From Amoebophrya sp. A120 (lineage: Eukaryota; Protista; Dinoflagellata), in contig CAJINV010000015.1 of the NCBI GenBank assembly GCA_905178155.1, forward strand, positions 457,309 through 521,308: DNA of 64,000 bases, given 5' to 3'. Of the stretch, positions 1-13,000 are shown one piece after another. A program made the translations under genes and the position numbers. A model generated the notes under the pieces. It made no database searches and was not told the origin of the DNA. It saw only the letters and a program-made list of their open reading frames with translations. Numbering within the stretch: the first letter of the stretch is position 1; each line of letters opens with the position of its first letter.

Positions 1-676
1 ATGTTGGACCCCAACATGAGGAACGGGCAACCGCCGCTCGCGCTGTGTCCTCCGGCGCTGCTCGCGGGGATTGGTGGGTGGCCGGGGGGAAGATCTTGGA
101 CGAATTTCGGTTTGGTATTATTTCCTTGTTGCGTTTTTGCCGTGGTTTTGATAGTTCCAGCACCTGTAATCCCGTTCGTGTTTGTAACGGCATCGGTTTG
201 AAGATGCAACTGTTGGTGTAGTCCTACTCCAGAAGCACCTCCGGCAGTATCCGATCCGGCACGGCTACGGGCAGTTGTCGGAGTAGAGGTCACCGTCGAG
301 GCGGGGGTGGCGCAGTTGGTCGTGTAGTCCAGGTCATTCTTGATCACGACCTTGTCCTGAAATTTCGAGACCACCGGACACATCGACGCTTTGGCTTCCA
401 ACTGAGCGGTGCTGTTGTAGAAGAGGGGTTTGTCTTGATGATGCGTTTGTGTTTAATAAAATTGTGTATTGCAAATGCAAAAATGCGAAGTCATGTTTGT
501 GTTGGATGAGACAAAAGGCATCTTTGAAGCAGATCAAAATGATTGTCATACATCTTCCCAATGTTGTCTCCGGACGATTTCAGCAGCTGGCGCATGAAGG
601 GACACAAGTTCTGCACGTCCGACAAGTTGTACTTGTTTTTCAGCTTCGACGTCAAAGCCTGCGCAGCCGCCGACAT
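1..676 (-). CDS. ALAS: Probable 5-aminolevulinate synthase, N-terminal presequence region (runs off window); GT-AG intron 412-551
   Basis: Spliced translation MSAAAQ...DVQNLCPFMRQLLKSSGDNIGKITAQLEAKASMCPVVSK...DLPPGHPPIPASSAGGHSASGGCPFLMLGSN has three CP heme-regulatory motifs arranged as I recall for ALAS presequences. The catalytic domain is outside the window. Confidence 0.62.
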
Positions 677-2330
677 CTTGATTGCGTGGCGGGCTGTCGT
701 GCAGAATCCAAAAGTGGCACCACGAGGAACAAGTGTAAAGTAAGTGGGGGGTGAAAAGTTTATGCTTTACAAAATTGGGGTTTAGTGTTTTATGTTGCCC
801 TCGCAAAACCGCAAAAATTTTGCGAGCGCAACGTGACTACCTTTCACAGCAACCTCATCTTGCTGTCTGGGTGGGTGGGGGATGCGCCACTTCTTTGCAT
901 CAAGTAGTGCACCTCGTCCACGAGGTTTTTTCTTTGTAGTTTTGAGAAAATCGAAGACCTCCTAAAAGTGGATGGAAAATTGGGAAAATTGGAAGTGGAA
1001 CAAAAAAAGGCGGAAATTATCAGAGGCTCTCATTAGGATTAGTACAATGAGGGAAATTGTTATGTGACTTCAGCGTACTGAAGTTGTTCTACTGTACATG
1101 TACTACGTTGGTGCAAAACAACGCTGGCTTGACTTATAGCCTCGGAAATTATCCTTGAGGCGCTTTACACAAGAAAGTCAAGAATATTTGAAAATTGAAT
1201 CAGCCTCAGGTTCTTCTCAGAGTCAAAGAAACAGCTGACAAAAAAAGATTCGCTCAAAGAAAGGAAAGTAAGAAGCTAACCACTCGTCAGAGTCAGACTC
1301 GTACAACTTCAACTTCTAGCACAACAAGATGAACTGTAACTTCCATAATGAAGTCAAAACAATACCCGGACCGCCTCTCGCGGCAGAAAAAAAGAAAACT
1401 AAGGATGTTGCGCAGTTTCAAGCCACAAATGATGTGGAAAGTTGCTTCGAGTATCTTTGCATGCAGAATCTTCACATTTCTGACAATTACGTACCGACCC
1501 AAAGAAATCCGCTATTTCTGCAGCTGCATCACTGTAGTTTGTTACGGCTGTGAAGCTACATGAGAGTTTAGATGTTGAACGAAGAACGTGCATATTGATA
1601 CGGCGACCTTGTTGTGCTCACTCGAAGACAAAAAAGACTACGGCCCTTTCGTAAGTCTAAGTAAGTAGGTTTTTGAGAAAGCGCTTGTTCTTCTAGGACG
1701 AACGACCCAACAGAGCGAACACCGAGTTGTAGCCGTTCGAATCGCTCTATCGGTTTTCCGGCTCGACAGATGATCGCTTCTCCTGACGACCACGACATTG
1801 CGAATGTTTAGATACAGTTTTGGTTGGTTCAGTTCGTTCGTTTTGTGTGAAAAAGCACGAGGACCACGAAGACTACTATGACAAAATCTGCATGAACTTC
1901 TCGGTTCTACGTAGGTGTGAGACATTCGATTCGACTTTTTTGTTGAGAGTGATAAAAAGTTGTTGTCAGCTTTGCATACTTGATTTGAGAGCAGCGTCAT
2001 TTTGCATTTGTGTGAGACGAGGATGTGGTGGAAACTGAAACAGGACTTTTTGACTCTTTAGCGATAGGAAATCTGTTTTGCTATTATTGAAACTCTATTG
2101 AAAAACGAAGTAAATGACCTCAATTGATGTGAATGCATTTGGAAAGAATCATACAGTGTCGTGTACTCAAACTCGGAAATGTTACCTGAAAGGAGAAAGA
2201 GACTTCTATTCTAAACTTTGTTCTACTCATCCGCCAGGACGTAGTTGTACTCCCCACCGCCGGTGCGACCACTGCCAAGAGAGGACGTACTTACCTCTTT
2301 ACTACCCCGGACGAAGAATGAACCCTGTTC

Positions 2331-5300
2331 TTACGCCTTCCGCATCCGCGTACCCCCTTCTCTCTCCTCTTTTTTCATCAAAATCTTCTGACTTTTCGCC
2401 CGGGCCGGAAAGGAGCTACTGCGGCCATGCGTGCCTTTCGGATGGTTGTTCGGAAAAAACGTCGAGTAATGCTCATAAACCATCTATGCAATACAAATTT
2501 CCCGCACAACACGTACAAGATGCTTGACAAATTTCGCTAACTCGAGGTGTCGTCCAACTTGTCATGGTGACAAAGATTGAAGAAGGCAAGTTTTGTCATG
2601 CAGAAACAGCTTATGCACGTGTACGGGGAATTTACTGCGGTTACCATCCCCGGATTCAGCGGTCCGGCGTCCGTTTTCCTACTGTTCACACACGCGTATT
2701 TCCCCAGCTGCACCTCGTTGATCGTCCGCCTCGATTTCGGGAAGGAAAACACCGGGACAGAAGCGTGGTTCGACAAGTTTGTCACTTCGTCGTAGCCGAG
2801 GAGCCTCTTGAACTGAAAAGTGTGGTTCGCTCCCAGCACCACCTGCTCGCCGACTTTGAACGGCAACCCCAATTTCACTATGCAGTGCAAAAGTATCGCA
2901 CTCGTATAAATGCATTACAAATTTCCCCAGCATGAGAAATAAAATTTGTAATGCTGATTTACCTTAAGAGAGAGATTTGTAATGCATGATTGCAATTAAT
3001 GCTACGAGTACGATACTTTTGCACAGGATATTCCCAGTGTACCCGGAAAACTGACCGTACGCTCCGGGCCCGGGGTATCCAAAAAAAAAGACGCTGCTAG
3101 TGTGAATTTGTGATGCGCAACATGCAAGATGATTGCGTCTGTCATGCTGGGCATGCGTTGTAAGGTCCATAATCCAAGGGCGTTTTCACGTACTATCGAA
3201 TCTGCGCATGACAGGTTTTTGCTGTCACGCCAGAGTAGATATTTGTAATGCTGATCCTCCAACAAAGTTTACACCTACAATCTTTTTTTCTTGGATACGG
3301 GGTCGGACACTTTCAGTGCGTCGTTGTGGGTTTTGTTCGACGGAGAATAATATGCATTGCAAAAGTATCCTACTCGTATAAATGCATTACAAATTTTCTC
3401 AGCATGAGAAATAAAATTTGTAATGCGGATTTGCCTTAGATTTGTAATGCATGACTCCAATTATTACAACGAGTACGATACTGTTGTACAGGATAAATAG
3501 TTCGCGTCTTTCCTCTTGTCTTTCGGAAACGAGTAGCGCTGAGAAAACGTTTTGGTCGGGTCCACGCGCAGTTGCTCGATGGGGCACTTGGGAAGGTGCG
3601 GTGTGATTTGTTGGTCGGTGCTGGAGACTTCTTGGTCTTGGAGGCCGGCCAGACAACCGCGGATGGGGTCGACCTGATAGTTTATTCACAGAGCATTTTT
3701 GCCTAGTAGATGTAGACGCTGCGTCGAATTATGCAATGAAACCCTGCATCCATGACAACCTGAAAAAAAATTGTGCAAAATAAATCATCCATACCTCCGG
3801 CCAGTTGTGATCGGACCGGTACGGGTTATTCTCGCGATTCCTTCTCGTTCTCTGCGACTTAGAGGCGTAACTGGGTAACCGCAGGGGCTCGCGCCCGGAA
3901 GGGTCGGAAGGGAAGGAGCGCCAGGGATGCGTGGCACCGAGGACGGAGGAACCGGCGATCCTGCGAAGATTATTCGTGCCGTTCGTTTTTCTGCAACACA
4001 GAAGTGCTGTGGGATGCGTGTCTTTGCATGACAAAATTCCCTTATAATGGCTATCATGAACACCAGACATCTGTATATATACCTTGCCCCCGGTGCCTGC
4101 GTTTGCAGTATCACTTGTCGCAAGATCGGTGATATCAAATGCAAAAATGTCTGGGTCAGGGTCTGGAAGAATGTAACTTGTCATGCTAAATCTGAACCAG
4201 ACAAAAAACTGCGTTGCATGATTGCCAAAAGTTGTCCACTTTTGCGCTAATCGAGAGGCAGTTTCTCATGAAGGATAGGCATTAGAAAGATCTCACAGAA
4301 TCTGTCATGCTATGTCCTACATGCCAGACCTCATGGGCCATGGAAAACCTGCGTGACAAGTCTGGCAATCTTCCAGACCCAGACATTTTTGCAGTTGATA
4401 GGTGAGGTGGTGAGCACGGCCATGCGGTTTCGCCACTCTGGTCGGTCGGCGAGGACCGCACGAATCGCCTCCACAACTTCGATGGACGGCTGATAGATTA
4501 TGATTTTTTGTACATGCACCAGAGTACTTAGACATCCATGAGAAATCTGGCACTCGCAGCATTCCTGCATGACAAAAATGTACCTCGTGCGAATGGACTT
4601 GATTTGCGATCATCAGCTCGAGTTGGTCGACCGCTTTCTCCACTCCCGGGTCGGGGAAAGCGCAGGAATATGAACAGCAAACGTATCGCATTCGTAGTAA
4701 TTGCAGTCATGCATTATGTAAAGGTGAATCCGCATTACAGATTTTATTTCTCATGCTGAGGAAATTTGTAATGCTAATGCATTTATACACGAGTGGGATA
4801 CTTTTGCACAGGATAAGGAAAAATGCGTTGCAACGCCCCCGACGTCGAAAGCAGCGAGGCCGCCGATTGAGGCTCGGCGCCATTTTGATACCTGTAGGAC
4901 AATCACGAGCGTCGAACATTTCATCTGCAGAATTTGTCTTGCAGAACTCGCAAAACAAGCATGATCTGTCATGCATGTTGCGCAGTACTAATACTATACG
5001 TGGTCTACCTTTTTCTTCCCACCCGCCTCTCCACCGGCTTTCTCCTCCGCTGCAGCTTTTAGCAGCAACCTCGTTTTGTGCCGTCGGTAGTGCTGGAGCG
5101 TCTCGGTTTCTTCAATTTGGCCTTGTATCCTTTTGTCCTGGTGCTCCGCCTCTACTCTGGACTTTTTGTCAATGTCCGTGTGCAGTTTTAACTTCGGCCG
5201 CGCCGGCGAGGTCAAATTTTCGTTTTCTCCCGGCAGGTGCACGGCCGGCGTTGCGTGGTGGTGGAAACCGCCACCGTGGCGAAGGTCGAAATGCGCATGC

Positions 5301-6568
5301 TCCACGTCGGACCTATGGAGAAGTTGTATAGTTTGTCATGCTGAACACCTGTATACAGCAATCGCTTGTGTTGTCGTGCATGACAGGCAAGAACAAGTTT
5401 ATTTGTATACGTGATTCCATGTTTCATCAGCCGTTCCTTGGAATTCGTCGCCGCCCTGGCATTATCCTGTGGAAAAGTATCGCACTCGTAGTAATTGCAA
5501 TTATGCATGACAAATCTCTTTCTCAAGGTAAATCAGCATGAGAAATTTAATTTGTAATACTGAGCAAATTTGTCATGCGATTTTATACGAGTGCGATACT
5601 TTTGCACTGCATAAGCATCTCCGTGAAGAAATAGTTCGTTTTTACTCGGACTGGCGCCAACATCGCCTTTCCCATCATCTCTGCTACTCTTGTGTACTAC
5701 TTCACCCGCATTATTGTACTCAGTCGTGTAATTCAACACCGGTAAGAAGGCGCTTATCGGTATTTTCTTCCCTGTTTTGTCAATTCCGCGGTAGGTCCCG
5801 GCCTTCTCCGGAAAGTTCCAGTAGTCTTTCACCGGGGAATCCTGCAGGAGGGTGTTGTTCAAATTGTTTTCTCCGGACCGACGAAAAGCGGGCTGAGACG
5901 AGGAAGAACTGGTGGCCTGGAGGTTGCGAAAAGTACCAACCAACGAGGCTGCCATCTTCTTGGATGAAGCGACGGGTCGCGGGGAAGGTAAAGGATGGAC
6001 TGCTCCGGGTCTTCAGTTTCAGTCTGTGTGTAACTACTCCATCATACTCGTTCGTATACTAACAGCTGGCGTGAAGACCACAACGTTCTTCTCACAGCGT
6101 GGTCTTCTTGCAGAAAGAACCAGAACACGACGCCCCTCTTTCATGTGTCGTGTGGTCGCAGAAAGTGAACAAGAACTCCGTGGACGAGCTGTAGGACAAA
6201 AATCCAGCTACTCTCGGTCTTCACAATGAAGAAGAGCGTGTAGTTGCTTTGGCACTGGATCCTACAACAGCAGGCAGCGGATAAACTTCATCCTCTCTCC
6301 AAGGTCCAAGAAAAAATCGCTCGTAGTGGATTGAACACTCAGTGCTCGTCTCAATTCGTCGGAAAATTTCAATTTCTGCAGTGGCAGTGCTTATTTCAAT
6401 GTCGTCCGCGCTTGAAGCTGCATCTGTTTCATTGCTTCTAACCGCCGCACGATTTTTCCCATCATGCATCCATTGTTCCATATCATCGTCTTCGATCATA
6501 GCCACAATAAAGCGATTGTACATGTAGTTGTGTTCTGGCGTTGCTGTCCCAGTCCCCCGGCACTGCAT
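2331..6568 (-). CDS. Multi-exon protein with SHIPPO/PG-rich-like motifs (possible flagellar microtubule-associated protein); 5' end uncertain
   Basis: Frame traced from about 5955 to TAA at 2331 through 8 TAT..ATA elements and 4 GT-AG introns (3674-3794, 3991-4082, 4490-4583, 4892-4999). Contains RYSFPK...DPGPGAY and PVFSFPKSRR. Linkage to the 6221-6568 ORF is not established. Confidence 0.6.
2485..2643. mobile_element. Introner family F
   Basis: DR CCATC; homologous to 36963-37113; frame restored. Confidence 0.8.
2879..3030. mobile_element. Introner family B
   Basis: TIR ..GCAAAAGTATCG; DR TTCAC/TTCCC; frame restored. Confidence 0.88.
3076..3297. mobile_element. Introner family E
   Basis: TIR TATCCAA(A/G)AAAAAA; DR CGGGG; frame restored. 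Confidence 0.85.
3351..3495. mobile_element. Introner family B
   Basis: DR AATAA/AATAG; frame restored. Confidence 0.88.
4133..4400. mobile_element. Introner family A
   Basis: TIR TATCAA.TGCAAAAATGTCTGGGTC; DR GGTGA; joins VLTTSP-ILRQ. Confidence 0.92.
4669..4815. mobile_element. Introner family B
   Basis: DR AGGAA; frame restored. Confidence 0.88.
5314..5409. mobile_element. Degenerate TAT..ATA element
   Basis: No DR, weak TIR, internal TTTGTCATGC; +5 removal restores frame. Confidence 0.4.
5463..5613. mobile_element. Introner family B
   Basis: DR GGCAT/AGCAT; frame restored. Confidence 0.88.
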
Positions 6569-7028
6569 CGTGCCGGCGTCGCAGAAGAAGCAGAGCCAGA
6601 GGTGCTTTCCATTTACTCCTCGAAAGAATCATACACGTATAAATTATCTTTGTCGTTTTCAGCAAAATGTGTAGTACTACTTGATCTGAGTATGCTTTGG
6701 GTACTATGTGTGTTTCTGTTCCTTGCAAAGCCAAAAGGTCGTACGCTATCTTGTTCACCACGATGAAGTATAAATCTGTGTCTGTTCAATTTGCGAATAG
6801 CCACAGGAGGGTCGGTTCAATGCAGCGGATCATCACTCAGGGCGACCGCTCTGTATACAAAGATGATCTTCACCTCTGCTCTACATCGACCTCTTCTGCG
6901 CAGAAGCTAAGGACAACAAGAAGCAAAAGTGAGTACACCGTAATTGAAAACGTGCTGAAGGTGATGATTTTAATACTTGCAATGTGAAATCTTCTTCTAC
7001 CTCGTTTTCTACTTTCTAAAAATGTCAT

Positions 7029-10000
7029 CTAGAAGTCGAATACTCCTGAAAGTGTCAAACTGCCCTCCCCCAAAACTCCCGTGCCGACGGAAGCTAGTTG
7101 AAGAGCAGAGTTCAAATAAGGTCGCATAAACTCGAGGAACGGTTTGGCGTGGTGGTTCTTCCATGATCTTTTCTTCTCTTGAAGAAGCTGGTCTTTGTCT
7201 GCTTCATCGGCGTCATCGTCAACTTCCATTTCTTGTACTTCATCTGTACTGGCAGGGGCTCCGGTAGGGGTATTTCTTCCCCCCGCGGACGAGTGAATGA
7301 ATTCTTTTCCCCTTTGTTCAACTTCGGTTTTCCTGACTTCTTGAAAACGTAGCTTCGAAATCAACTCCAGGCCCTGCCACAGGAGAAATGAAGTGTTTAT
7401 CTTTCCTACTGTCTCGTCTTTCGTTTTTCTTTTTCCCCTCGTAGAAGAAGAACCGGCGTCTCGTTCAAGTGATTGAAAGAAAACGCGCCACAACCCCCGG
7501 GTGAGCCTCTCAGCGATAGTTGTGTCAATCGAGGCAGAAGGGAAGTCTTCTGATTGGTGTAGTACAACTCGATCTTTTTCTTGCAGCTCTACTAACTGCT
7601 GCGAGTGATCACCACGATGAACAGCCGGACTTGATGGGCTTCTACCTCGACTACGACGCCGGCGCACAGAGCGACTGCGACTGCGGGTTCTCCCACGTTG
7701 ACTCCCGGTCGTGCCCTCGGTAGAAGATGTTGCCGGGGGGACCTCCCGCGGAGCTGTACCACTTTGGCTTTGCAGCACAGGCTGCAATGCAGGTCCTTGT
7801 CTACCTTGCGGAAGATTGCTCGCTGCTGTAGTAGTGCCGGCTACAACCTCGCTCAGCGGCTGCGGAGTTCTTGACAGGAGTCCTCCTGGTGCTAATGATC
7901 CTTCGCCCGGCGCCCGCTCAACAGAGGTCCTTCTTCTTGATGTCGACATGATACTATTTTCACGACCAGCAACTTGAACTTTCACTTTCAGCAACTCCCG
8001 CCGCGCCGCTTGGTACCGCGACTTCGCTTCTCGCAGGTCTTGCAACAAGTTCTCATAAATATCAAATGTAAAAGTGTCTGGGTCTGGAAACTTGTGATGC
8101 TGTGTGGCGTATCATGAGGAGGCCACGAGTGCTGGCTCAGCATGACAAATTTCTGCGCTTGTAGGTGTTGCCTATTCTGCATGAAAAATTGCGTCTCCGC
8201 ATGACAGAAAAATGCGGATCTTGGGCAACGTGCATGACAGATTTAAGTGTCATGCCAGACAAGCATGACAAACATGCATTCTTCCAGACCCAGACATTTT
8301 TACATTTGATAATAAAATTCCACCTCCAATTTCGCGTTCTCCTGCGCAAATTCCGTTTCCTGTCGTTTCACCGACGCAGTTTTCGCCAACTTCCGCCTCT
8401 TTTTCTCCGCTGTTCTCCGCTCATCTTCGGCCCTTTCGCACTGGGTCCGCTTCTCGATAATCGGCCGGATCAGCTCGCGCACTTCCCGGATGATGTGCGG
8501 GAGAAATTCGTGGATCACAGCGGCACGGGCGGCGAGTCTCTGTTCCGTGGCGCTGGGCAAGGAACCGCTAATATCGCTGTACGGAGATAAGTTGAAGGTT
8601 TCTTCGGGGACGAGTTCGTTCTCGTAGGTTGCATCTGAAAGTGGTTCTCGGGGAGGCCACCGTAGACGCTGCTCTTCCTCCGCATCATATTGTTCATAAG
8701 GGTTGTAAAACATCATCACGGGCTCCAGGCCCCCTCCAGTCCAGCCCCTCGGCAACATCCTAGCATGCAACCTGCCGCGGTTGTACTGATCCCACAACTC
8801 TCCTGTGCGCAGCAGCCCTGCGTACACCGAATTCCACCGTTGTTCGCGATTTGTCAAAAGGCGCTCCAGCGCATTGTTGCCGATGCTACGTACCCACCGC
8901 TTGCGCCGAAGCTTCTCCAGAAGTTTATCCCGATCTTCCTCTGGGCGGGGGTCATTTGGGTCTCGCTTGGCGAGGGTACTTCGCTCGTGCTCGACTTGTT
9001 TCGTGGATAATTTTCCCATAGCGTTTTCAACTTGCGTATTCCTCTGCAGTACGCGCTCGAAAAGCTGGCGCTCCTCTAGTACCGCTGGGAGTTTTCTCTC
9101 AACATCTGCCCCACTATCTTCCGAGCTGGCGAGCCTCTTGAAGTTACTAATCAAGTGCGGCCAGAAGTAAGCACCCGCACGATTTTTATTTCGAAGATTC
9201 TTGGATGTGCTCGCATTAATCACCGCAGCTTTGCACGTTTCTATTGCTCCGGTAACCTTCGTCTTCCAGGCACCCAGCCACTCCTGGATTGCACTTTGCA
9301 ACAGTGTCTGTCTCTCCCGTACCGCTTTTCGCAGGTTGTCCAAAGTCCGCGCCAATGCTTGCGCTTCTGCAAGCTCCTCGCGCTCCCTCGCGGCAGACAC
9401 CGAGTTTATTTGCTCTTCTACCTGCTATCAAATGTAGAAGCGTCTGGGTCTGGAAGATTGCCAGGTTTGTCATGCATATTTTGCACGACGACGACCCGGA
9501 ATGCCTGTAATGCACGACCTAGCATCACAGACTTTTAGAGGGATTCCTGATGCCTATTCCGCATGAGAAATGCCCCCCCCACGTAGCAAGAACTGGACAC
9601 CTGTTGCTGGTCATGCAATACAAAGTTTTTTGGGAATCCAAACACAGCATCACAAGTTGCAACCTTCCAGACCCAGACATATTTGCAATCCATACCTGCG
9701 CCTCCGCTGCCATCTCCTCCTCCGCGTTCGCTCTTTCCATTTCGTGCAAAACAGCTATTCTGAGTAAAAACGTCCCCACCCCAGAGTCAAGATGGGGATT
9801 TCGCAACAGAAACCTAGAAGTTTTGGTGGTCACGCATGACAAATTTCAGTCCGTACTGTAGTGCAGGTTAGCGTGGACAGCCGCGTCACAAATCCATCTG
9901 CTTATCCTGTTTACAGCATTACAAATTGTAGAACACGACTGGAAATGTCTACCCTGGGTATGCGCATCACAAATGTTCCTGTCATTGGAAATCAGCATTA

Positions 10001-13000
10001 CAACTCTGGGGTGAGGACGTTTTTACTCAGGATAACACCCATCCAGTCGTTTGTTTCCCCAGGCGAAATGCCCAACCAACGCTCCACTTGCGTGATCTTC
10101 GGAAGAAACAGCCCATGAAAAAACTCATTCTCGGCTTTATCCTGAGTAAAAACGTACCCACGCCAGAGTTGTAATGCAGATTTGCAAAGACAGGAAGACT
10201 TGTAATGCGCATCCCCATGAGAGCCATTTTCAATCGTGTTTTGGAATTTGTGATGCTGTGAACAGGGTGAGCAGATGAATCTGTGATGCGGCTGCACTTG
10301 CTAACCTGCACTACACTGCAGAGTGCAACTTGTCATGCGTGACTCACAAAGCTCCTAGGTTTGTGTTGCAAAATCCCCATCCTGACTCTGGTGTGGGTAC
10401 GTTTTTACTCAGGATAGGCTTCTCGGCAGATTCGTGCTTCCGCAGCCCGCAGGTCTTGCACCTTTCTACCCGCTTTCCGCTCTTCAGCCGAAACCGACTC
10501 GTGATCAGCTTTGATGGTTTCCGTTGCAGTGTCGGTTAAATTCGCTTTTTTCGTTTCGTAGATTCCGCTGATCTGCGACAAATTCTTCCGCAATTTATTG
10601 AGCTGGCGTGAAATCGGGGTGAGGTTGTGGAAAATCTGCTGGGTAGGGCTCTCGAACGGGCTGGAGTTGGGAGGAGGGTTCGACGGTAGTTCTTGCGCTC
10701 TCGACGCTCCGCTGGTGATAGTACCAGTTGTGCCCCCGCTCAGTTCCCCGGTGTAGCCACTGTATGAAGGAGATGTCGGTGCTGGACGAGATGATGTAGA
10801 TGTAGAGCTTCTACTTCCGCCCCCTCCTGATGCCAGTTCTTGCACATCATTGTCAAAAAAACCCATCTCCGGCACACCGAGCGCAGCTGGAGAAAGCCCG
10901 TTGTAGGAGACAGTGATAGGCAGCCGCGGTATTGAAGGTGCGCGCACTGCACTGGGGGTTGAACTTCTTGCGTCCATACAAGAAAACGATGACACAACTT
11001 CGGATCCGCCTGGAGGTGTTTCTCCCTCGTGTAGTAGTGCATCATCGTCTCCAGCAGTACAGAGCTTTTCCCCGCCCAGGAAATTCGCCATTTCCTGCCA
11101 CATTTGCTCCGCTCCGTTATTGGGTTGAAAGACGAGGCACGCGTGGCATTTAGCATTTCTGTTCTTCTCCAACCCACGCATGAGTTCTGCTTTCATCCTG
11201 GCCTTCGGCTCTTTCAGCACAACGTCCTCGACCAATAGCCGACGTCTTGGATCCTCAATTATATCCGCTTTTGATGAAGAGCAGGGGCTCATTCCGATCG
11301 GTTCAAAAAAGCGATTGGTGTTTGTGGCGCAAAATGACTGCCTTCTTCTACTACCGTGGTCGTCCCGCTGTAATTTCATCGAAGCTTTCGGGTAGTCAGG
11401 ACCGAAAATCGCAAAGTGGCACTTTGCCGAACCGTTTTGGATTTGGGAGGCCAGCGGGCTCCTGCACTCCGCGTCTGAAAATGTCCCTTCAAAGGCTGCG
11501 AGGGTATCTTCTGTAGGCTCATCTGGATCTTCGTTTCTCGCTGTGACTACACCACGCCGACGTGTGCTCGTGCCACCTCCTCCCACTACCTTTCGGCTTT
11601 TCTGGCTCGGCTCAGATATCATGGTGCGGCCACTACCCACCCTAGCGGGACCACTACCATCTGCAGCTCTACTGCTTTGACTTTGAGCACTTTTCCTGTG
11701 CGAAGATAATGCTAAATACTGTCTATACACGCCCTCCAGGCCGATTCTGCCGATTTCGAACAGCCCGCGTGCCTGAAACGCCCTCATCGGTTATCCTGTG
11801 CAAAAGTATCGTACTCGTATTGCAATCATGCATTACAAATCTCTTCCCTGAGGTAGATCAGCATTACGAATTTTATTTTCCATGCTGAGGAAATTTGTAA
11901 TGCATTTATACGAGTACGATACTTTTGCGCTGCATATCGGTTCCTCCCAAACAACGGGGAAGTTTTTGTCAATTATCCTGTGCAAAAGTATCGTTCTCGT
12001 ACTAATTGCTTTTATGCATTACAAATCTTCTTCTTAAGGCAAATCCGCATTACAAATTCAATTTGTAATGCTAAGCCAATTTGTAATGCAATTTATACTA
12101 GTACGATACTTTTGCAGTTCATATCAATCCCGTGTTGCCAATGCTGCTTCCCCGCGATTCCTATTCCGAGGTGGACGGGGAGGGCAGTCGTACTTTGTAG
12201 TTCTTCTTGATGACGCCCTTGCCTAGAAGAACTCAAGAAATTTTCCCTTTTGCAGTACTGCCGCGCCCGGCGACACGCATCCTGGAGAGGATTTTTACTC
12301 CTTGTGTCGTGCTGTTCACCAACATAATGATCTCCTGGGTGGACTTCATCGACTTTGTAGCGCAGGAATCCAGCGATGCACTGTTCTTCCAGAGTCAGCG
12401 CGTTTCGCATCAATTCCGGCGTTTGGATGAAATCCGTCAGCATCACGCGGTTCTGCAACAACTGTCGCAATAAAATGGAAAAATCTTCGCTTTCAAGGAG
12501 TTTTTTAATTGGAAAAATCTCCTCAGTGAACAGTGTGAGACAGTGGCTGGATTTTTCAGCTTGTCCTCTCGCTCCGGAACCTCGGAAAGCAGAGTGTGAT
12601 GAGTCTGAAACAGTATCTTCACGCAGGAGCAGCTGTCGAATTACTTCCTGGCGTTCCCTTGCAACGGAATGCCGGTCGATCTGTAGTCCTGGTTCCGCTA
12701 CTGCGCCGGCTGCGGACGACGCGTTTGTTGTAGTATCTTCACTCAGGAGTGGTCGCGTGGCTACTTCGCGACGAGGCCCACTTGCAGCAGCCGCGCTGGC
12801 ACTCCTGCTAGAGCTAGTACCAACTTGGGCTCTTAGATGGTCAGCGTATTTCTGGTCATACACCCAGGGGTCCACCGCCATGATCTGAAGAAACACGTCC
12901 ACAAACCTCTCTTCCCTATGCATTGCAAAAGTATCGCACTCGTATAAATGCATTACAAATTTCCTCAGCATGAGAAAGGAAATTTGTAAATGCGGATTTG

